From: Eubacteriales bacterium
GTDB lineage: Bacteria > Bacillota > Clostridia > Oscillospirales > CAG-272
Reading direction: 5' to 3'
NCBI GenBank assembly: GCA_034178705.1
Contig: JAXFQY010000045.1
Location: 10,636-74,635, forward strand
Length of the DNA stretch: 64,000 nucleotides
Below, piece after piece: positions 8,279 through 16,503 of this stretch. Within the stretch, counting starts at the first letter, position 1; the number at the start of each line of letters is the position of its first letter. The position numbers and the translations under genes are program-made. The notes under the pieces are model-generated. The model ran no database searches. It had not been told where the DNA came from and saw only the letters and a list, made by a program, of their open reading frames with translations.

Positions 8279-10200
8279 AAAGGCGTCTGTCTGCAGCCGC
8301 CCTTACATGGATTCTCCTGCTTCTCTTTCCGGTTTGCATATCAGCCCAGGTGAACACCGTTAAAGAGCCCACCGCAGGCAACAGCATTTATATTGCCGGG
8401 AATCCGGATCTGTATCCGTTTGAATACTATGATTCCTCATCGAAACGCTACCTTGGGATACTTCCGGAGCTGTATACACGCCTTTCCGAGGAAACGGGAA
8501 TTACTTTTTCCTACATCAGCGCCGGGAAAGAGAACCGGCAGCAGCAAATCGCAAAGAACAATCAGGCTGAGCTGATTTCAGCACATTTGGCGGGAGAAAT
8601 TGAGAATCTGCGCGAGGACTACCCTCTTCTTTCCTTTACTTCGGACGGAAAAGAACAAACCGTGTGTATCGGATTTACCGGAATTGCATCCCAGCAACTT
8701 ATAGACCGGTTGCTGGAAGAGCTTGAAAGGATTGACAACAGCGTTCTTCTTTCAATAACCCTTGCCCAAACGGCCTCCTTCCGATCGGAGTTTCCCATTC
8801 ATCTTCTGGTTGCGCTTTGTCTCCTTCTTGCCCTTGCCGTTGCGGTTCTCACGATTCTTTTGATTCAAAAACGGAGAGCGGAAGGCAGGCGCCGCAGGGA
8901 TCAGCTGATCGATCCCCTGACCGGTATCGGAAATGAGGAATACTACCGATACAGCTTTGATCATTATCTGTCCCCCGCTTCGCGGAGTCTCTATTATGTA
9001 GCTTATATTTCTCTCGAAATACGGCGAATTGAAGAATACGTAGGCTCTGCGGAAGCCGAGGAGCTACAGCGATACACAGCGGACATTCTCTCCTCTTCCG
9101 CATCAGACTACGACTTTACCGCCCGTATTACCGACGGTGTGTTTGCCTATACCTTCCAATGTCCGAGCCGAGAACAAGCCGAAATCCGAATCAGCGAGCT
9201 GTTGAAGCGCCTGAACGAAGGGGAAAAAACACTCCTGGAGGAATACCGCGAACAGTTCCGTGCAGGCCTTTTCAGCCTTGAAACTGCAAACACGCCCTGT
9301 GAAACGGCATTGAATCATGCCAGACAGGGATACCTTTATGCCGTGCAGAACAAAATGTCCTACTGTTTCAGCGATGACCGTATTCTGAACCGAGAAGCAC
9401 AGAAAAAACGTCTGCAGAAAAAAATTTCCGACGCAGTGAGCAATCATGAGTTCAAGCTTTATCTGCAGTTTGTTGTAAAAAGTAAAACCGGGAAAATCTG
9501 CGGCGCTGAGGCGCTTTCCCGCTGGCAGAACCCTGAGGAAGGGCTGCTGACGCCGGATCGCTATATCGAGACCATGCAGAACGCCGGAATTATTGACCGA
9601 CTGGACTTTTATATTCTGGAGGAAGCCTGCCGTCAGTTGGAAGCCTGGAAAACAACCGACAAAAAAGAATTGTGGATTTCCTGTAATTTTACCCGAATCA
9701 CGGTATCCTCCACCGATTTTTTACAGCGTTTTCGGGAGATCACGGAAAAATATCGGTTTGATCACAGCAATCTGATTCTTGAGCTTACCGAGGATTCCCT
9801 CTCAGACAATCATACAGCAGCTTATCTGAATATTCTTGCCTGCAAAAAAGAAGGATATCGCATTGCCCTCGACGACTTTGGAAGCGGCTATACCTCATTC
9901 AGCGATCTTTGTGACTATCCGATTGATCTGATCAAAGTGGATCGCCACATTATAGCGAAAGCCACAACCGAGCGAGGCAGCGTACTTCTCAACGGAATCT
10001 GCAAACTGGCACGCTATCTGGATGTGCTTGTTCTCTGCGAAGGGGTGGAAACCGCAGAAGAAAATGCTGTCGTACAAACAGTGAACTGTGACTTCGTTCA
10101 GGGGTATTTTTATTCACGGAGCTATCCTCTCTATGAAGCATTGGAATACTGTTCCAAGCAATTGCACGAGTACGAACGGGCAGACACGGAAAAAAAGTAA
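8275..10200 (+). CDS. Sensor c-di-GMP phosphodiesterase: periplasmic SBP-like domain, TM, degenerate GGDEF, EAL
   Basis: The start overlaps the upstream stop (ATGA). A signal sequence and SBP family-3-like segment are present ('IYIAGNPDLYPFEYYD'), followed by a TM helix (LLVALCLLLALAVAVLTILLI). The GGDEF-domain start is 'DPLTGIGNEEYY', but the signature position reads 'ARITDGVFAY' (TDGVF instead of GGDEF). The EAL catalytic set looks intact: 'EALSRW', 'ELTE', 'DDFGSGYTS', 'KVDRH', 'EGVET', 'QGYFY'. Confidence 0.85.
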   Translation: MKRRLSAAALTWILLLLFPVCISAQVNTVKEPTAGNSIYIAGNPDLYPFEYYDSSSKRYLGILPELYTRLSEETGITFSYISAGKENRQQQIAKNNQAELISAHLAGEIENLREDYPLLSFTSDGKEQTVCIGFTGIASQQLIDRLLEELERIDNSVLLSITLAQTASFRSEFPIHLLVALCLLLALAVAVLTILLIQKRRAEGRRRRDQLIDPLTGIGNEEYYRYSFDHYLSPASRSLYYVAYISLEIRRIEEYVGSAEAEELQRYTADILSSSASDYDFTARITDGVFAYTFQCPSREQAEIRISELLKRLNEGEKTLLEEYREQFRAGLFSLETANTPCETALNHARQGYLYAVQNKMSYCFSDDRILNREAQKKRLQKKISDAVSNHEFKLYLQFVVKSKTGKICGAEALSRWQNPEEGLLTPDRYIETMQNAGIIDRLDFYILEEACRQLEAWKTTDKKELWISCNFTRITVSSTDFLQRFREITEKYRFDHSNLILELTEDSLSDNHTAAYLNILACKKEGYRIALDDFGSGYTSFSDLCDYPIDLIKVDRHIIAKATTERGSVLLNGICKLARYLDVLVLCEGVETAEENAVVQTVNCDFVQGYFYSRSYPLYEALEYCSKQLHEYERADTEKK

Positions 10201-10289
10201 GCGCAATAGTTTTTTGCCGTTAATAATTACTTTTCACAGATTCAGTGATATCATAATCATCCAACAGAAATCGGAAGGGGGGAAGGATC

Positions 10290-11609
10290 ATGAACGCAAA
10301 GCACGGCAACATAATCAAAAGAACGGTTCTGACGGTTGTTCTTTTTCTTGCTGCCACGCTGATTCTTTCGGGAAGCATTCCGATTCTTCCTTCCTCCAAG
10401 CCCGTTCCCGAAAACAGCTTCCTCCCTGAAATTCTCCAGTACCTGACAGCAAATCTTTTTCCTATTGTTTTCTTTATTGCTTCCTTGATTATCGGTTTTC
10501 TCCTTGTGATTTACGGTACCTTTGTGCGCCGCATTCCTGATTTTTCCGGTGTCGGCAACACCAATATTTTGCTCGGGCTGTTTGTTTTGGTTTCCGGAAT
10601 ATGGGTTCTGACGGATTCTCAGGCACTTGCTGTTTTTGCGGATAATCGCAGCGGTATCCTGAATACAAGGATGATCTCCTTCGTTTCTCAGTTTTATGCT
10701 TCTCTCCATCATTTTCTTAGCCTTTCTTCAGCATATTATCCCGGTGGGGAAAACAACACAGATTTTCAGCACCGGTTTTCTCTTGAACCTTACCGTGTTT
10801 GTTCTGCTCTGTCCCTTTCAGCTTCCCGGAAAGTATTATCTGATCTTTCTCCTGATTCATCATGTGCAGATTTATGCGCTGATGATCATGGGAACTCTTT
10901 ACTGTATACGAAACTACTGGCATACAAAGGACAAAGAAAAGCGGGAAAAAACTTATGTCATGCTTTTGTTCATGCTTTTCAGCGGAACAGCCTTGCTGTT
11001 TTTCCTTCTCGGGGAGCCGCATTGGTACGCCGTCATATTCAGTGCAGGATTTGTGATTCTGGTGTTGTATATGATCAGATTGGCAATCAAAAATATGCTG
11101 TCAACCTATAAAAAGGCCGTAAAATTCGAGCTCTACCAGTCCATGGCATATACGGATCTGCTTACAGGGATCAAAAACCGTAACGCTTTTATCAACGATC
11201 AGGAACATCTGTGTCCGGATCAGAACACCTGCTGCATCATCCTGGATCTCAATGGGTTGAAGCAGATCAATGACACGCGCGGGCATCTGCAAGACGATGA
11301 GCTGATTTGCAGAACAGCACAGGTGATACAGGATTTCTTCTCCTCTGTGGGGGGTGCTACCGCATCGGCGGTGATGAGTTTGCGGTTATCTGCAAAAATG
11401 TCGAAAGCGCAACGATCGAAAGTGCAATATCGGAGATGAGGCGCCAAGTTGACTCTGCCAACGTCAAATCAGATCTGAAAATTGATCTTGCCTGCGGATA
11501 TGCTTTCGGCGGAGAGGGCAACAAGACCGCAAAGGAGCTTTTCGCTGCCGCGGATAAGGAAATGTATCGGAATAAATGTCAAACGGAAACGACTCTGGCA
11601 CAGCAATAG
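10290..11609 (+). pseudogene. Membrane GGDEF diguanylate cyclase interrupted by two frameshifts (or two assembly errors)
   Basis: Three ORF pieces make up one protein: 10290.. in one frame, 10696.. shifted by one nt, and 11307..11609 back in the first frame. Together they give multi-TM, then 'YTDLLTGIKNRNAF...ILDLNGLKQINDTRGH', then 'YRIGGDEFAVIC...ADKEMYRNK'. The frame changes coincide with a T4 run (10692-10695) and a G6 run (11349-11354). Confidence 0.8.
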
Positions 11610-11632
11610 CGCAGTGTCCGTAAAACGACTTC

Positions 11633-11669
11633 GCATCCGTATCCTTCGTGGATATGGATGCTTTCTTTT
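11633..11669 (+). terminator. Rho-independent terminator after the GGDEF pseudogene
   Basis: Stem GCATCCGTATCC / GGATATGGATGC (one mismatch), loop TTCGT, followed by TTTCTTTT. Confidence 0.6.
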
Positions 11670-11974
11670 GACCGAAAGGCAAGGCGCTCAATCGTGCCGC
11701 GCCGCAAAAGCGGTGGGGGTGCCTTTCCGCGATACTCTTTGGCGGTTTGTGCTTTTCCCGTGCAAACGGCTCGGCTCATTTTTTCGGCGCGAAGCGGTTA
11801 AAGAGGTTTCGGTTTTGCCTTTTCGTGATCTCCTTTTGGGGAGATGAGTATAAAAAATCCGTCCACTTTTGCTCAAGCTACTGATAATTCCCTTTTTAAA
11901 CAGAAGCCCGGAAGCATCGGGGCTTCCGGAAAAACACAGGACTCCCAAGGGCGCGCACCTGCGACAAAAGAAAG

Positions 11975-12030
11975 CTAAAAAATATCCCCTTCTCCTCAAA
12001 GCTCCGCAGACTGAGGAGAAGGGGATATTC
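11975..12030 (-). terminator. Rho-independent terminator of the minus-strand diguanylate cyclase gene
   Basis: An 18-bp perfect stem, AATATCCCCTTCTCCTCA (11981-11998) pairing with TGAGGAGAAGGGGATATT (12012-12029). On the minus strand it is followed by a T-run (plus-strand A-run 11977-11982). It lies ~45 nt downstream of the stop at 12076. Confidence 0.8.
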
Positions 12031-12075
12031 TCAGAATCAAATCCAATGATCAATCAGTTTCCATACCGCCCAAAT

Positions 12076-13689
12076 TCAGGAAATCGCGGGATGTTCCTTG
12101 TACCACCGTTGCTTATTCTGATACATAAGCTCATCGGCTTTTTCAAAAAGCTGCTGACGGGAAAAGTCGGGGAAGTCGCTTGACAGGGCATAACCGGAGG
12201 CAAAGTAAAGCTCAGGAGAGGCTCCGGAATCGTTGTATGCCTTTGTTGCCGTCAGAAGAGAGGCAAGATATTTTTCAACCTTCTCACGATCGGCGGAGGT
12301 TACCAGAACGGCAAACTCATCCCCGCCCCATCGGCAAACCAGTTCATTGTTTGAAAAGGTGTTGCACAGAATATCCGCAAAAGCAGACAGCAGCTTGTCT
12401 CCGGACTCGTGCCCCATTGTATCATTGATATACTTCAGACGGTTCAAATCCATCATGATGATCCCGGTCGGCTTTGTAAAGGGAGCATCGTTGCTGATCT
12501 CCTCATCCCACCGTCTCTTATTCTGCAAACCCGTATGCTCATCAATATAAGCACTTTTCCGGATAACAAAAATTGTCTTGAAAAACCGAAAGAAAGTATA
12601 AATCAAGAGTGCGATAATCGTAAACAGGATGCCCGATGAGGATACTTTTAAGTAAAAATGGAACAGGTCAGACAACGTTCCCACAACAAGAAGAAGCAGC
12701 AGAAGATAGGAATCCCAGATATCCGTCTTTTTTCTGCGGAAAAAGAGCAATGTCACGACCGATGCCGCAAGATCCATCACAATCATTACATGACTCAGAA
12801 GCAGGATTTCACGCAATTCCGCCCAACCGAAGACCTGGCAAATCAAGGCGGCAAGAGCGCCAAAGCAGCTGAGCAACGCCGGAATCAGCAGGATCAATCT
12901 GCCCTTCTCCGAGCATTGTTCCCGTATGAAAAGGAGGAAAGGAATGCCGGCAAGGAATAAAGCGCCGAGCGTAATGTATCCGAGCGCCATCGGATTTTTC
13001 CCGAACATCAAAGGAGAAAAGCGGGTATCGGTAATCCTCCAGAGTCCGATCAGGAAGGCAAAGAAGCCAAGATAAAAAATATCCCAGGATAAGGTTTTTT
13101 TGCGAAAAACAAAATAGGGCTGGATCCCCATCAGCAAAAGCCCCATAATAATACACAGGGCAGACAGCACAAGCTGCGGAAGATCTGCCTTCAGTCGAGC
13201 CATCACAATGGCATAGCGGGAACCGATCAAAAACTCTGTATTTCGATTCACCACGCTCTGGAAAACAGGAGTTACGGTTATCCGAACTGCCCTTCCGCGG
13301 TCGGAGGGATATACAGGAATCATAACCCAGTTACTGCTCGGAGAATTTCCGACGCGGTTGCCTGCTCCGGGCTCCAAACTGTACATCAGTTCATCATCGA
13401 ACCAAACCTCCGCATAATGATGAACCAAATAAAACGCAAGATAGCTTCCTCCCGGAGAAATATCCTCCATGGTCCATGTATACTCCTTACGGAGTCCGAG
13501 CGGTGCGGAGGGATCTGCCACTTCCTTTTCGGAATAGCCTGCTACCGTTTTATAAGAAAGACTGTCACGGGCACTGTAAATTGTATTGCTCTCAAAAAAG
13601 CACATATAAATCGCAAATAAAACAAACAGCGCCGCTACAACAGCAAAAACTGCCACGGTCACAATTTGCATACCGGATTTCTGCCTCAT
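12076..13689 (-). CDS. Membrane sensor diguanylate cyclase (extracytoplasmic domain, multi-TM, GGDEF)
   Basis: ORF 12076..13752. ATG 13689 is preferred (GAGGGG 9 nt upstream; MRQKSGMQIVTVAVFAVVAALF is a TM helix). There is a ~170-aa extracytoplasmic segment, then ~7 TM helices, then an intact GGDEF domain: 'DEHTGLQNKRRW', 'MMDLNRLKYINDTMGHESGD', 'RWGGDEFAVL', 'ADELMYQNK'. Confidence 0.88.
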   Translation of the reverse strand: MRQKSGMQIVTVAVFAVVAALFVLFAIYMCFFESNTIYSARDSLSYKTVAGYSEKEVADPSAPLGLRKEYTWTMEDISPGGSYLAFYLVHHYAEVWFDDELMYSLEPGAGNRVGNSPSSNWVMIPVYPSDRGRAVRITVTPVFQSVVNRNTEFLIGSRYAIVMARLKADLPQLVLSALCIIMGLLLMGIQPYFVFRKKTLSWDIFYLGFFAFLIGLWRITDTRFSPLMFGKNPMALGYITLGALFLAGIPFLLFIREQCSEKGRLILLIPALLSCFGALAALICQVFGWAELREILLLSHVMIVMDLAASVVTLLFFRRKKTDIWDSYLLLLLLVVGTLSDLFHFYLKVSSSGILFTIIALLIYTFFRFFKTIFVIRKSAYIDEHTGLQNKRRWDEEISNDAPFTKPTGIIMMDLNRLKYINDTMGHESGDKLLSAFADILCNTFSNNELVCRWGGDEFAVLVTSADREKVEKYLASLLTATKAYNDSGASPELYFASGYALSSDFPDFSRQQLFEKADELMYQNKQRWYKEHPAIS

Positions 13690-13742
13690 GATACAATTCC
13701 CCTCAATTGCAGATATAATTCTAAAATATTCTCTATTAGTAT

Positions 13743-13771
13743 AGTATATCATGCGGTTTCCTTATTTTCAA
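13743..13771 (-). promoter_or_regulatory. Sigma-70-type promoter for the diguanylate cyclase gene
   Basis: Minus strand reads TTGAAA (13771-13766), a 17-nt spacer, then TATACT (13748-13743). It lies ~55 nt upstream of ATG 13689. Confidence 0.6.
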
Positions 13772-14097
13772 GTAAAAGGAAAAAGAAAATCCGGTCTTTA
13801 TCCACCGGCAAGAAGAAATTGATCGATATAAATCAATATTTTTAATGCATTCTGCCTCAACGCCGTCTGATCATTTTGAGTGACTCCGGCTTGAAAATCC
13901 AGGAACAGCGATAAATACCGTATTCGTCTGCCTCATCAAAACAGATCTTTGTCATTTCTGGCGATTCTTATCCTCTCCCCGAGGTTACAGGGGCACAGGA
14001 AGAAAAAGCAGAATCCCTTTAATATTACAATCCCCATAGAGCAGCCAAAAGGAGCAAGGCCACACTATGGGGATTGAATCTTAGTAACGCCCACGCG

Positions 14098-14129
14098 TTT
14101 CCGATTGGTTTCGATTGGTTTTCGATTGG
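14098..14129. repeat. Three tandem 10-11 bp repeats T(3-4)C(1-2)GATTGG
   Basis: Direct reading gives TTTCCGATTGG TTTCGATTGG TTTTCGATTGG. The repeats lie in the non-coding gap between the BNR hydrolase stop (14195) and the diguanylate cyclase promoter. Confidence 0.7.
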
Positions 14130-14194
14130 ATGATACACGCCTCACCGGCAAAGCAAAAAGCTCTTTGCCGAACTTTCTCAGAAGAAAGCGGAGG

Positions 14195-16291
14195 TTATTT
14201 TTTCTTTCTGACGGTAAGGACAGCGGCAATAACAGCAATCGCAGCGGCAGCACATGCGGCTGCGCAAACCGCAAGCAACGAACGGTTCGAGGAGGAATCC
14301 GACGGGGCGGGAAGGTCCGTCGACACTGTTGCAGACTCAGAGGGATCGCTTGTCTGCAGCATTGACGTTGTCTGCGAAAGATCAGCAGAAACCTCAGAAG
14401 AATCCGTTACAAGCGGAAGGGGATCGGCAGCGGCAGTATCCACAAGACGGACACGCAGCCATGTCGTCTTATCGGATTCATTTGTGCCGTCAAAGGTATC
14501 AAACTTTGCTGATGCACCCTCGTCAACATTCTGAAGCTTGACAAATACGGCAAGCTCCTCTTCCGCTGTGATGTTCAGCAATTCCCGCGGCAAAGAAAGC
14601 TCATGTACAATTCCTTCATCGGTATCGGAGGAATTGTTCAAAGTGCCATATACCCGTGTGGCACAGGGAATGGTATCCGCATCCAATGCGCTTCTCTTTC
14701 CGTCGGAATCGGTATACTGGGCACTCTCTATCCCCTCGGCAGAGAGCACAAGCTTGATCTGTTCTTTCCCGCCCGTACGGGCAAGGGTTACTGTTATTTT
14801 ATCGGTTTTCTGCAGATCGTAATCAAGGCGTTCGGAAAGCAAATAAATGCTTTCGGTGTCATGGGCAAAGCGAAGCGATGCCTGCGCCTGAGAGTCACTG
14901 CCGACGAACAGTGCGTCTGTATTGTCCCACCAATCGTTTGTCCTTCCGTCCAGAGTAACAGCGGCCCGTTTGGCATCAACCCTGTGGTTCAAAACCACCT
15001 CGGCAATCGCAAGTCCGTTCGTTCGGAGGTTATTGACAACATTCGGCTCGACAATCACATCTCCGGCCGATATCAGAGCCGTATGTGTTCCCGTAATCTC
15101 AATGGAGCCCCACAACCCGGCAACATCCTTCCCCAAGGGGAGAAACGTCCGGTTTGTGTAAAGCTCTGTCGCGGTTTCATTCCCCAAGAAAACCTTCATT
15201 TGCTTGGAAGCAAAAAGCGAAACCAGGATCTCCCCGGAGGGGAACTGCGCCAGATACGGACCGGCTGCGGTCACTATATTGTTGGTGCGGTCTGAGGGAC
15301 CGTACTCATCCATGGCCAGCTCGGTTGCAAAAAAATCATGAGAACGGATCAGGGTCAGGCGGTGTCCCCCCGCAGGCCACTTGCTCTCCGCTGCCATGGC
15401 AATCGTTTTCCCATCATGCAGCAGAATGGCAACCGGCATCTGATCGGTCATGATGGCAATGCCATTATAATCATAGATCTTCTGCTGGGCAATCCGAGTT
15501 GCCTCATACGGATAGGAAAGTGCATCCGGCTCCCAGGTCACGCCGTTATCCTTCGAAACAAGCATCGCGATTCCGCTTGAAACCTCGCTGCCCATCTGGG
15601 TCTTGAAAATAGCATCCTTCGGTCCGCTGTGGGTCAGATACATCTGAAGATCGCCGTTCGGAAGCTGAAGGAAGCTCGGTTCCCAGACACGGCTGTGATA
15701 GACAATGTTTTCCTCCGTCCATGTCAGCCCCTTGTCATGGGAAATTTTCACTGCGATTCCGCGCTCCTCCATATTGAAGCGGCTGGGTGCCTGTGTTCCT
15801 TCCAGCGGTCTGAAAATTGCCGCCGCAACAAGATCACCGTTTTCCAGTAAGATAGCATCGCAGGTGGCATAGGCGCGTTTATATTTCCCATCCTGCACCA
15901 GTTTCTGCTTGAAAAGGACAACCGGCTCTCCCCAATTTCGTCCGTCTGTGCTTTTCGCATAGTAGACATTCGGTCCCCATCTGCCGTTCTGGAAGAAAAG
16001 AATATAATCGTCCTCGGCAAGCTTTTTAATGCGGGGATACCAAAGATATCCGGTAAGTAGCCCCATATCCTTTGCGGTCATCGTATAGGAATTCCGGAAA
16101 TTCGTTTCAATTGTGCTTTGCTCCGTTTCCCCCGCATGGTCATCGGTCAGAGTATTCGTATCGTTCAGCTCTCCGATCGAATGAAGCCCGCCGTTCGGCT
16201 TCGTCCCCTCCTGCGCTACGGCAGGAAAGGCGGAAGAGAGGGCGGCAACACCGAGAAGAAGGGAGAGAATGGCCCGCAGTCGTCTTTTCAT
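14195..16291 (-). CDS. Cell-surface BNR/Asp-box beta-propeller glycosidase (sialidase superfamily) with CBM9-like domain and C-terminal TM anchor
   Basis: ORF 14195..16312. The second ATG (16291) gives a signal peptide, MKRRLRAILSLLLGVAALSSAFPAVA. Three Asp-boxes are present: 'STDGRNWG', 'SHDKGLTW', 'SKDNGVTW'. Later come 'LDGRTNDWWDNTDALFVG' (CBM9-like), a Ser/Thr/Asp-rich linker, then the hydrophobic tail LLAVCAAACAAAAIAVIAAVLTV followed by RKKK. No LPXTG is seen. Confidence 0.75.
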   Translation of the reverse strand: MKRRLRAILSLLLGVAALSSAFPAVAQEGTKPNGGLHSIGELNDTNTLTDDHAGETEQSTIETNFRNSYTMTAKDMGLLTGYLWYPRIKKLAEDDYILFFQNGRWGPNVYYAKSTDGRNWGEPVVLFKQKLVQDGKYKRAYATCDAILLENGDLVAAAIFRPLEGTQAPSRFNMEERGIAVKISHDKGLTWTEENIVYHSRVWEPSFLQLPNGDLQMYLTHSGPKDAIFKTQMGSEVSSGIAMLVSKDNGVTWEPDALSYPYEATRIAQQKIYDYNGIAIMTDQMPVAILLHDGKTIAMAAESKWPAGGHRLTLIRSHDFFATELAMDEYGPSDRTNNIVTAAGPYLAQFPSGEILVSLFASKQMKVFLGNETATELYTNRTFLPLGKDVAGLWGSIEITGTHTALISAGDVIVEPNVVNNLRTNGLAIAEVVLNHRVDAKRAAVTLDGRTNDWWDNTDALFVGSDSQAQASLRFAHDTESIYLLSERLDYDLQKTDKITVTLARTGGKEQIKLVLSAEGIESAQYTDSDGKRSALDADTIPCATRVYGTLNNSSDTDEGIVHELSLPRELLNITAEEELAVFVKLQNVDEGASAKFDTFDGTNESDKTTWLRVRLVDTAAADPLPLVTDSSEVSADLSQTTSMLQTSDPSESATVSTDLPAPSDSSSNRSLLAVCAAACAAAAIAVIAAVLTVRKKK

Positions 16292-16350
16292 TTTTTCCCA
16301 ATTACCTTTCATATTTTTTACAACCGTCAGACTATTTCAGCCTATTATTG

Positions 16351-16379
16351 ATTATACCGGATTTTCCGCTGCTTTACAA
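16351..16379 (-). promoter_or_regulatory. Sigma-70-type promoter for the BNR hydrolase gene
   Basis: Minus strand reads TTGTAA (16379-16374), a 17-nt spacer, then TATAAT (16356-16351). It lies ~40-60 nt upstream of the candidate starts. Confidence 0.65.
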
Positions 16380-16503
16380 GACAATCTCAACAAAGACTGA
16401 GGACAAATATTGCGGATATTTTTATCCGTTTTTTTGTCTTTTTTGAAAAATCAGATTTTGGCAAATCCTTCGGAAAGGCAAAATCCGAATTACGGATTAT
16501 CAA

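Noticed and set aside
11904-11935. A GC hairpin, CCGGAAGC-ATCGGG-GCTTCCGG (or GAAGCCC...GGGCTTC), flanked by TTTTT upstream and AAAAA downstream.
   Set aside because: The T-run precedes the stem in both orientations rather than following it, apart from a weak TGTTT on the minus strand. It does not qualify as an intrinsic terminator and no function can be assigned.
13857-13955. A 32-codon minus-strand ORF (MTKICFDEADEYGIYRCSWIFKPESLKMIRRR) in the non-coding gap.
   Set aside because: It has no convincing RBS at proper spacing and no recognisable family. It may be a gene remnant, but nothing supports calling it a gene.
13690-14194. A possible c-di-GMP riboswitch (GEMM-I/II) upstream of the diguanylate cyclase, the BNR hydrolase (16313-16503) or the EPS locus (1-131).
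   Set aside because: I read both strands and could not find the conserved GEMM features I remember, such as the GGCAAACC/GGGACGCAAAGCC-like blocks or the paired P1/P2 with a tetraloop-receptor. Only an Infernal scan could settle this, so no riboswitch is claimed.
16425-16445. A plus-strand hairpin, CGGATA-TTT-TATCCG, followed by a long T-tract (TTTTTTTGTCTTTTTT), which looks like a terminator.
   Set aside because: No plus-strand gene lies upstream for it to terminate, the stem is only 6 bp, and the region is the AT-rich promoter-proximal zone of the minus-strand BNR gene. It is probably incidental.
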